DNA of 57,115 nucleotides from an uncultured Candidatus Saccharibacteria bacterium (GCA_964477805.1 CAYZEK010000002.1:1-57115), one strand, 5' to 3'. Shown: positions 38,760 to 46,549, counted from the stretch's first letter. The notes: generated by a model not told the origin, from the sequence alone. Numbers and translations: made by a program.

Positions 38760-40305
38760 AAACTACTCTTAAATAATGGCGGGCTGTTGTATCTAAACCA
38801 CCCAATAAACGAACATCGGCATCTTCAAAAATGTAATCAATATCTTCCTGTCTGAGAAAAAACTTCAAAGGGTCGCTGTTATTAATCTTACTGCCAAGCA
38901 TCCCTGTTACTATCTCAGATTTAAGACCATAATCCAAAGTCTGATCACCAGTACCCACAAACACCTTCCGCCCTGCAATTCCAGGGATAATATTACTGGA
39001 AACAAGACTAGAAATCACAATACTCTTAGGCTCAGTGTTATGTTTCAACCAGATTGCTCCAGCATAAATGCCCTCGTCTAAATAAAATGGTGGTTCTCCT
39101 GCTTTAAAAAATTGCATATCCTGATAAAGACGCCACACATTAGTCAATGCGAGCAAACTAATCAAACTCAAAACGACGAAATGCTTTAGCAATTTATTTT
39201 TCAATCCTGATTCTTGCAAAAACCAAACCAATCCCATAGAGGCTAAAATCGCTATGGGAATATGCAACCCCTCACTAAACTTCCTCTGAAATCTGACAAG
39301 TAACGGGAAGTAAAGTAAAAAAGGTATTACTAATATCCAGATCAACAGGAAAAGAATTCTTTGGATATCTTTGTTTATACTCATATTGCTAATGCCGACA
39401 AAAGCAAAGACTAACAAAAACCCATAACCAGACAAAAAATAATACCATGCATACGATGGGACATTAGTTTGTATTGTAGCCCAAACCCCTAACACAGGAT
39501 TAATATTTAGGATATTCACCTGCCATAAAGCAAAAGGCAAAACTAGTATGATCAGATACAAATAATTTCTGAGCCAAAAATAATTTTTCGTCTTAAATGT
39601 TTGTACCAACACATATACGAATAATACTGATGTCACAATAGCCAAATCATATGGGTGTATGATTACCAATACCCCTAATAACAACGCAGGAAGCAAAACA
39701 ACCATCCTCCGTGAGGAGTGAAATAAATTTGTAGATATATGGAAAATTAATAAAATTAAAGTTAGCGAAATAAGATTAAGTGGCGACATATACAAACTTA
39801 AAAATGTGTTTGATTCTACCATCCACATATCAGTAGACAATGGAGACAAAAACAGACCCACTCCAGACGAAACAATTGTAATTACAAAAGTCAACTGCCT
39901 TGCGGTAACATTTTTTATAAAATCAGAGATAAACAAATACAGACTGGACAAAAAAAGCATGCCGACGAACATTTTCCCAACATGATAAATCACAATATTA
40001 GACAAAGTACTGAAATGCCCCAAAACTCCTAAAACATAAAAAAATGGATGAAAAAATAAAGCTGATTGAAGCTCAGTACTATACAGATTTACAAAGAAAA
40101 AATTTCCTTGCCTAGCTTGTTCAAACCATGCTAAGTAAGTATAAGTATCATAGTGACTAATAGTCGTCATCCCTGTAAAAAAACTTCCAGCAGGTGTGTG
40201 TAACCACCCATACAGATACGGTAGATTGATAAGACTAACAAACAAAACTGATACAACGACGACCCAGACCCATTCACTTCTACTAATTTTTTCTAGAGAA
40301 ATCAT
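38707..40305 (-). CDS. Polytopic membrane protein with C-terminal soluble domain, GT-C-like
   Basis: More than 10 predicted TMs; HYDTYTYLAWFEQ loop after TM1; about 130-aa C-terminal non-membrane domain; overlaps the next gene by 53 nt. Confidence 0.5.
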   Translation of the reverse strand: MISLEKISRSEWVWVVVVSVLFVSLINLPYLYGWLHTPAGSFFTGMTTISHYDTYTYLAWFEQARQGNFFFVNLYSTELQSALFFHPFFYVLGVLGHFSTLSNIVIYHVGKMFVGMLFLSSLYLFISDFIKNVTARQLTFVITIVSSGVGLFLSPLSTDMWMVESNTFLSLYMSPLNLISLTLILLIFHISTNLFHSSRRMVVLLPALLLGVLVIIHPYDLAIVTSVLFVYVLVQTFKTKNYFWLRNYLYLIILVLPFALWQVNILNINPVLGVWATIQTNVPSYAWYYFLSGYGFLLVFAFVGISNMSINKDIQRILFLLIWILVIPFLLYFPLLVRFQRKFSEGLHIPIAILASMGLVWFLQESGLKNKLLKHFVVLSLISLLALTNVWRLYQDMQFFKAGEPPFYLDEGIYAGAIWLKHNTEPKSIVISSLVSSNIIPGIAGRKVFVGTGDQTLDYGLKSEIVTGMLGSKINNSDPLKFFLRQEDIDYIFEDADVRLLGGLDTTARHYLRVVYENSDVKIYQVDQNNLD

Positions 40306-40327
40306 GACCTAATCATATCACAGAGAC

Positions 40328-40365
40328 AAAAAAACAGAGTCGATCCTTTTTGGAATCGACTCTGT
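40328..40365 (-). terminator. Rho-independent terminator ending the three-gene operon
   Basis: 11-bp stem acagagtcgat/atcgactctgt; the minus strand is followed by T7. Confidence 0.85.
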
Positions 40366-40379
40366 AAACTCTGAACATT

Positions 40380-41906
40380 TCAGCTAATCCTCCTTGTTCG
40401 AACAGTAAACGCACCATCACCCTGATAACCTTTTAAGCTATCAATGGTGCGGTACGTAATCTCGCCACTTTCTGTAGCTACGATACGTTGTGGTCCGCAA
40501 ATCAAAAATCTTTTACTCGACTTTGAACCGATCCACATTTCTAACCCACCCACATTTTTAGCGAATGGACTGTCAACTGCCGTATCTGCATAACCAGTAG
40601 TTTCTCCGCATGAGCCAACAACTGGTCCATCCGACCGCGCTTGTACTGTCCCCGAAGGTTCGACTTCCACGACATCTCCTTTGTTAACACTAAAGGTCTG
40701 TACTCCTGTCGAATTCTTCTGCGGGACACGCACCACAGACTCTTTAACGGCGCTCGCCTTTATTGGCGCGGGCGCCGTCGGAACAGCTGAAGCGGTTGGC
40801 GAGTGCGAATTGCTTGGGCTAGAATTCAGACTTTGATCTGAAGCAGAAGCAAACGGATTCTTGCCATCGTTTAAGTCCTTTGAGAACTTATTGATCGCCT
40901 CGTTCTTTTGAGCGAAGTTCACAATAGGCCCTAAGGTTAACAGACCGATAAAAAGTACCGTCCCTGCAAAAGCGACAACACCCCAACGTAATTCAAAGGC
41001 GTCTTTACCGGCGTCTTCATCAGTTGCCTTACCCTTCTTCAAGGAAACACCACTAAAAGCAATAGCAGCTACCAAAATGAAGAATAAACCCCAGATCAAC
41101 AGACCGGTGTTGTCGTCCGCCCCCCAATTTACCCTTGCCAAGAGTTTATAAAACCCAAGGTGGTAAATTAAGATCGCAGCGACAAGATACATCAGAAATG
41201 TCTGGACTTTTTCCAGCCAAAATGGTGGTCGTTTCCAGCCATAGATCATGAAGAATAGCCCAGCGATGCAGAGCAAAGCAATGATTAAACTCCCCAGATC
41301 ATGGCTCAGCCACTTCATGGTTAGCAATATAACATTGATCACCATGACATAAGCAAGAAACGCCATAATCCCAAACAGCAATTCTTTCGCCTTTGCCTCA
41401 AAAGCTTTTTCTTCTCGTGCTTCTTTCAAATCACTCAAGAATTTTTCTTCCTTATCAAAAGCCTCTCCGACTAAGTCTGGAATTGCCACCGCTGCAAGAT
41501 GAGCCACAACATTTATTGCGCTCAACACAACCCTTTCAATGCCTGCAACGACACCAGTGACAACCCCAACCTTCGTCGTTACGAGGAGGTAGTACGCCAC
41601 TGATACCAACATCAGAACCAACGGCACCAGGCGGAAGCCATAGTACCCTTCGGTGCAAACGCCGGTATTTGCGTCGCAAAAAGTCCGCGTTGTAACGACT
41701 AACGCTACCAACGCAATCAAATTAACTACCAGCGCAAAGCGCAGTAGTGTCCAGGTTTCAAGAAAATGCTTCGCCCCTTTAGACCAAGTCCAAATGGCAG
41801 CATTCTCAACCTCCAACACTCCCCACTTTATGATGGTTTCCACATGGTCCATAGCATCTGTACCAGAACCCTTCGACGACACCTTACCCTTACCCTTACT
41901 TGCCAT
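40380..41906 (-). CDS. 8-TM membrane protein with a C-terminal beta domain resembling PA-IL/LecA-type lectins
   Basis: GAGGAG Shine-Dalgarno. The last 118 aa (40383-40736) show the pattern GDVVEV..G......GP..G....GGLEMWIG....G.ITY.....GY.GDGAF.V, comparable by eye to LecA. Confidence 0.55.
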   Translation of the reverse strand: MASKGKGKVSSKGSGTDAMDHVETIIKWGVLEVENAAIWTWSKGAKHFLETWTLLRFALVVNLIALVALVVTTRTFCDANTGVCTEGYYGFRLVPLVLMLVSVAYYLLVTTKVGVVTGVVAGIERVVLSAINVVAHLAAVAIPDLVGEAFDKEEKFLSDLKEAREEKAFEAKAKELLFGIMAFLAYVMVINVILLTMKWLSHDLGSLIIALLCIAGLFFMIYGWKRPPFWLEKVQTFLMYLVAAILIYHLGFYKLLARVNWGADDNTGLLIWGLFFILVAAIAFSGVSLKKGKATDEDAGKDAFELRWGVVAFAGTVLFIGLLTLGPIVNFAQKNEAINKFSKDLNDGKNPFASASDQSLNSSPSNSHSPTASAVPTAPAPIKASAVKESVVRVPQKNSTGVQTFSVNKGDVVEVEPSGTVQARSDGPVVGSCGETTGYADTAVDSPFAKNVGGLEMWIGSKSSKRFLICGPQRIVATESGEITYRTIDSLKGYQGDGAFTVRTRRIS

Positions 41907-41917
41907 TTTTTTCTCCT

Positions 41918-42604
41918 CTAGAATATCCTAAACCCTAAAATCAGGGCTATGGTTGGGTGACGATCACGCCAAGTTGCTGGTGCAACTGACTGAACCGATT
42001 GAGCTTGTTGAAGCTTCTTGACCCGTAAACGAGCCCTACGCTCTTTCTGCAATACGCGATCACGCAGCTCCGCGTACTTCGCCATAATCTCCAAAGGTGT
42101 TATTAACCCTTGAATAGCCATTTCCAGCTGAGACGGATCAAATATGCCCATCCCATCAAGCGAGTCCATTACTTCCTTCTGCGTGCGCAAGTTGGCCAAA
42201 AAAGCCAACAGCATCAAACGATGCTTGCGATCACGCTCCGAGACATAGGCTTGCCGGAACTTCGCCTTATGCTTAGGCGAAAGTTGCTTGAAAACATTGA
42301 GCAACCAAAAACCTTTACGATCTTCAATTATCTCACTGTCCACGAGGCTTGCGATGTCGCAACCAAGCCTCATCTCATCCTTCATTCCAAAGGATGTTTC
42401 CCACGCCCCAAGGGCTTCATCCAAGGCCTCAGTCTGTTTGCCCTCTCGCATCAATGTTTCAATGCGATCAGCAGTCTTTCGCTCTTCCGGAGAAGAGCCT
42501 TTGCCCTTGAAAAATTTGGTTACATACCCCAAAACCTGCGAAGCGTCCAAAGCGACGTCCGCGATTTCGAACAGGTCCCTTAATCCTACAAAGCCTACTG
42601 CCAT
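41918..42604 (-). CDS. Hypothetical helical 228-aa protein
   Basis: GAGGTG Shine-Dalgarno; Arg/Lys-rich coiled segment near the C-terminus; no motif recognised. Confidence 0.5.
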   Translation of the reverse strand: MAVGFVGLRDLFEIADVALDASQVLGYVTKFFKGKGSSPEERKTADRIETLMREGKQTEALDEALGAWETSFGMKDEMRLGCDIASLVDSEIIEDRKGFWLLNVFKQLSPKHKAKFRQAYVSERDRKHRLMLLAFLANLRTQKEVMDSLDGMGIFDPSQLEMAIQGLITPLEIMAKYAELRDRVLQKERRARLRVKKLQQAQSVQSVAPATWRDRHPTIALILGFRIF

Positions 42605-42612
42605 AATTCACC

Positions 42613-43347
42613 TCAAAATTCCTTCCGCAATCTTTTGATTACGGGTTTGTTAGCTAAGTACAAAAAAGAAATTTGTACATCGCTAATTGCCTTTGACCTA
42701 ACAAGCAGGAGCAAACCTTTAACAGGAATGACAAGCTTGTGCTTCTTTACCGCTCTAGCAATTTCTGCATCACTTTCATAATCAGACAGTGATACATTCT
42801 TGTTGGCGGTGAAAAAAACTTCCCCAGCAACAGAATTACCTTTTTTGTCCAAACACTGAACTCGGAAAGGATAGTCAATACCGCGAGCGGTAATAACTCG
42901 ATCCTCTTCTCCGAGCAATGTCTCGACGACCAAAGGGTCTTTCTTGGCAGAAGACCCAACTTTACCAGCCCCGCCAATACCATGAACTTCTTGCAAAGCT
43001 TTTAGCTCTGCTTTGTTAAAGTCCTTTTTGACCCTGGCGCCATGTGGAGCCACTACACTAATTGTGGTGCAGTTCGCTGGTAAGCTTTCGATCAAAACTT
43101 CAGATGTGGCCATACCGTTGCTTTGCGTAAACAAATCAAAGGCGAGTCCATCTTTGTCTAACAATCCCTCGAGCGGAAGCTCAGCCGGATTGCGCTTATT
43201 CCCAGCAAACGCAAATAACTTAGCATCGTTCGTAGCAATATTATTCTCATAATAATGCGCAGTGACGTGCAAAGATTTGTTGTCTGCTCCAAACGAAATA
43301 AACAAGTCAATCTTCTCGGAAACACGACTCGTTTTTGCTATGCTCAT
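42613..43347 (-). CDS. Hypothetical beta-rich 244-aa protein, first gene of the operon
   Basis: AGGAGGG Shine-Dalgarno 8 nt upstream of the ATG; no TM; no motif recognised. Confidence 0.55.
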   Translation of the reverse strand: MSIAKTSRVSEKIDLFISFGADNKSLHVTAHYYENNIATNDAKLFAFAGNKRNPAELPLEGLLDKDGLAFDLFTQSNGMATSEVLIESLPANCTTISVVAPHGARVKKDFNKAELKALQEVHGIGGAGKVGSSAKKDPLVVETLLGEEDRVITARGIDYPFRVQCLDKKGNSVAGEVFFTANKNVSLSDYESDAEIARAVKKHKLVIPVKGLLLLVRSKAISDVQISFLYLANKPVIKRLRKEF

Positions 43348-43406
43348 CTCAATATTCCCTCCTATTTTTTAGTTTTTAATGTGCAATTTTAGACAAAATC
43401 TTGCAA

Positions 43407-43452
43407 TTTTGCCAAAAAGAATCACACCTTAATATAAACCTTTTTGGCAAAA
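43407..43452 (-). promoter_or_regulatory. 13-bp perfect inverted repeat (ttttgccaaaaag, 20 nt, ctttttggcaaaa) in the operon leader
   Basis: Read directly; lies between the promoter and the Shine-Dalgarno; tgcaatttt is also repeated at 43382 and 43402. Confidence 0.6.
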
Positions 43453-43476
43453 CCAACACTATGTTCCTAATTTGCG

Positions 43477-43505
43477 ATTATATCAGATTTCAATGATTTT
43501 GTCAA
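43477..43505 (-). promoter_or_regulatory. Consensus promoter TTGACA-17-TATAAT with TGa extension (TTGACAAAATC class)
   Basis: Minus strand reads ttgacaaaatcattgaaatctgatataat; about 120-nt leader to ATG 43347. Confidence 0.7.
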
Positions 43506-43516
43506 GCATGGTTGCT

Positions 43517-43543
43517 CAAAAAAACCTCATAGATAAGAGGTTT
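43517..43543 (-). terminator. Rho-independent terminator after the ATPase gene
   Basis: Stem aaacctc/gaggttt; the minus strand is followed by a T-run; 25 nt past the stop. Confidence 0.75.
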
Positions 43544-43567
43544 AATATGCCAGAATATTGAAATGGT

Positions 43568-46114
43568 TTAGAGCGTCTTCTCTGTCGCACCCTTCCCTGC
43601 CGACATCATGTCAGCCACTCGACTAGCTGTGAGTATTTCCTCTTCCACCTCTAGGCGAGACCGGCCGAATTTTAGCCTAGAAAGCTGCCTGATAGCAGAC
43701 GCTGTACTAGCTTGCTCAGCTGTTGGTTTTAATAACGGATATGTTGCCATATTAAATGGCTTGCTTGCTGTTCCGTTAATCATCAATTTTACAAAGGCAT
43801 TAAATCGGTCAACATTTAGCAAATCAAACTCATTAAACACTGGTGCAAATTCCTTTGCCATTGTTTCCGCATCCTCAACCCCAATCCGAAAACTTATCAT
43901 TGAACCAGCGTTACCAAATACTGCATCGCGCAAATCACTACTCCCTGCTCCATGAGCTCCAGCGCCTTGCGCTAATTGTGCCAAAAACTGATGACCGATA
44001 ATCAAGTTCAATCTATATTTACGTGCCTCACTCAAAATACTGGAAAATGCATCGGTGATAAAGTTTTGGAACTCATCGACATACAAATAAAAGTCTCGGC
44101 GCTGATCTTCAGGAATATCTGCGCGTGACATTGCTGCCATCTGAATTTTGCTTACCAGTATCAACCCGAGTAATTTCGCATTCATTTCTCCGACTTTACC
44201 TTTAGCCAAATTTACTAGCAAGATTTTACCGTTGTCCATGATCTCACGGAAGTTAAAGGAACTTTTACTTTGTCCGACAATGTTTCGCATGGTTGCATTT
44301 TCAACGAATCGTCCCACCTTAGAAACTAAATAACCAAGCATTTCAGATTTATGAAAGTCCGAGGTTTTTGCCATCTCTTTTTCCCAAAATGCCCGCACCA
44401 CCGGATCAGTCACTTTCCCAATTTTATATTTCTGAAATTCAGTATCGGTAAAAATTCTCGGGATATCCACAATAGTACCAGGGTGTTCATTATCTGCCAT
44501 TAACGTGAGCATTGCGTTACGCATATTATGTTCGAACATTGGTCCGAGCATAGCAGGATCTGTAACCAATTTATAAAAAATTGAAATCATTTCTTGTACA
44601 GCAAAATCTTTTTGGTCTTCCGAAAATACTTCCAACATATTTAACCCCATAGGTCTTTCTACGTCAAACGGTTCAAACAAAATGACATCTTCAGCTCGAT
44701 TTTTTGGAATGTGGGGCAAGATGTCTTCAATATAATCACCATGTGGATCAATTACACACAACCCTTCGCCATTTTGAATATCCTGAACAGACATATATTT
44801 CATCAACTCAGTTTTACCAACACCAGTGCGACCCAAAATATACATGTGGCGACGACGATCATCACGACTGGCATGAATTTTTGTTTCTACACCCCGATAG
44901 ATATTACGACCTAACAACACCCCGTCAGTTGGGGTATTTACAGGCGCTGGAGCTTTCTTAGATTGTAACCATTTGATATTAGGGGTTTCCAAAAATGGCG
45001 TTGGCAAGTGCCATAGACTAGCCAATTCTTCGGTATTCAAAATTGTCTTTCGGCCATAACGTCGGTAAATCCGAAACATAAAATCTTTAGCGATATCCCC
45101 AGCCTTACGTTTCTTTACTTTGAAACCATTGAATGGAGGCATGTTGTATTGCAAAAATGAAGACACAATATTACTCAAATTCACAGATGCAACCCCAGGC
45201 TGAGTTGATGAAGCAATAATTCGAATATTAGTTCTAAACCCTGGACGACTAGCTTTTTCTTCAAAGCGCTTAACCATCTCCTGTTGCATTGGCGTCAAAT
45301 TGATTGGGCTGTTCAAGCCAGACAAGTCCTTATGTGCATCTGTTGGTGTTGCCTTACCCAATACTCCATCTCTCACCATACCAAATGTCTCACCAGCCAT
45401 CCGAGCCCCTACACCTTTTACAACAGTGTTAGGGTTTTTCCCTTGTTGAATTTCTAAAGCCATATGATGTGGTTTATTTTGCCAATGATGCCCCGCTGGA
45501 TATAAAATAAACTGAATGGCCGCACCTTCATCCTGACCCAACTTTGACATTGCATTTGTCAAAGAATTTAGAGGATCAGTTTCCATATTTTTGTAAGTCC
45601 GAATTGGAAACATATATGGGCGATTCACTTGTAATTCAGCAGCCGCAATTTGCCCGCCTTTTTGAAATGGGTTATAACCATGCACGATATCAATATGAGC
45701 GTGCGGATATTGTGCCTGTAATTGCTTCTCAACCAACCCGCGGAGATGATTGGGACAATTGATGTAAAAAGAAATCTTCTTATCAGTACAAGCTATCTCA
45801 AAACTGAGATAATCTTTCGGTTGAAAAAACCAATTACTGTGACTTATTTCTGATAAAGATGTAAACAACTGTTCTGCAACTGCAATGAGATTCTTTTTTG
45901 ACTCTTCATTATTTTGAACATTGGCATTCTTATCATCTGAACCTTCTTTAGGCATTTGCACTTCTAAAAATACCCAGTTTTTTGTGCGGGGTAAAATAAT
46001 TCTGGAATAATACCAATGCCGGTGAATATAATATATTAAAAACGCCAAAAAGACCGTTATAAGAACGGTCAATAAGATGCTAGTAAGAACAATTGTACTT
46101 AATTCAAACGGCAT
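43568..46114 (-). CDS. Membrane-anchored FtsK/HerA-superfamily P-loop ATPase, type IV secretion coupling-protein-like (VirD4/TraD/TraG type)
   Basis: N-terminal TM; about 390-aa unassigned domain; Walker A GRTGVGKT (44810-44833); VIDPHGDY; Walker B FYLYVDEFQNF (44060-44089); ARKYRLNLIIGHQFLAQL and GNAGSMISFRIG..DAE typical of the coupling-protein C-terminal module. Confidence 0.78.
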   Translation of the reverse strand: MPFELSTIVLTSILLTVLITVFLAFLIYYIHRHWYYSRIILPRTKNWVFLEVQMPKEGSDDKNANVQNNEESKKNLIAVAEQLFTSLSEISHSNWFFQPKDYLSFEIACTDKKISFYINCPNHLRGLVEKQLQAQYPHAHIDIVHGYNPFQKGGQIAAAELQVNRPYMFPIRTYKNMETDPLNSLTNAMSKLGQDEGAAIQFILYPAGHHWQNKPHHMALEIQQGKNPNTVVKGVGARMAGETFGMVRDGVLGKATPTDAHKDLSGLNSPINLTPMQQEMVKRFEEKASRPGFRTNIRIIASSTQPGVASVNLSNIVSSFLQYNMPPFNGFKVKKRKAGDIAKDFMFRIYRRYGRKTILNTEELASLWHLPTPFLETPNIKWLQSKKAPAPVNTPTDGVLLGRNIYRGVETKIHASRDDRRRHMYILGRTGVGKTELMKYMSVQDIQNGEGLCVIDPHGDYIEDILPHIPKNRAEDVILFEPFDVERPMGLNMLEVFSEDQKDFAVQEMISIFYKLVTDPAMLGPMFEHNMRNAMLTLMADNEHPGTIVDIPRIFTDTEFQKYKIGKVTDPVVRAFWEKEMAKTSDFHKSEMLGYLVSKVGRFVENATMRNIVGQSKSSFNFREIMDNGKILLVNLAKGKVGEMNAKLLGLILVSKIQMAAMSRADIPEDQRRDFYLYVDEFQNFITDAFSSILSEARKYRLNLIIGHQFLAQLAQGAGAHGAGSSDLRDAVFGNAGSMISFRIGVEDAETMAKEFAPVFNEFDLLNVDRFNAFVKLMINGTASKPFNMATYPLLKPTAEQASTASAIRQLSRLKFGRSRLEVEEEILTASRVADMMSAGKGATEKTL

Positions 46115-46119
46115 TTGAT

Positions 46120-46512
46120 TTAAAGGTTATCAGGAGTTTGTGATACTCCCAAACCCAGTTCCTGCATATCATGCAAATCAACTGAGTTATCACCATTTAA
46201 AAAACTTAAAAGTGTTTCTTGAATTTCTTGAGTCTTTGCCAGCGCAACTTCTGGGGGTATTGATTTTTGAGCTTGTTCTGTGGTCGGCACCTCAAAAGCA
46301 GACACTCCCTCTGTTTGCCCGAGCTTGTCCACCTCATCAAATTTCGTACTGCCTAAATATTGTAGCTCTTTTTGATCACTGAATAACTCTGAATTTGGTT
46401 CAGTAAATTCTGATATATTTCCTGAGGCATTCTTTAAAATCTCTTCCGAGCCACCATGCTCCAACTGTTGTGTACGATGAATTTTAGCTCCTATTTCTTT
46501 TTCTTGGGGCAT
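46120..46512 (-). CDS. Hypothetical acidic 130-aa protein co-transcribed with the ATPase
   Basis: Stop lies 5 nt before the ATPase ATG; low-complexity and acidic; no motif recognised. Confidence 0.45.
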   Translation of the reverse strand: MPQEKEIGAKIHRTQQLEHGGSEEILKNASGNISEFTEPNSELFSDQKELQYLGSTKFDEVDKLGQTEGVSAFEVPTTEQAQKSIPPEVALAKTQEIQETLLSFLNGDNSVDLHDMQELGLGVSQTPDNL

Positions 46513-46549
46513 TTTAGTAAAATTTTATTTCAATTGTAGAACTTTGACT

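Noticed and set aside
42110-42638. Plus-strand ORFs of 157 and 116 aa opposite the 228-aa gene
   Set aside because: They are antisense shadows of the minus-strand operon gene, have no start context and cross the gene boundary.
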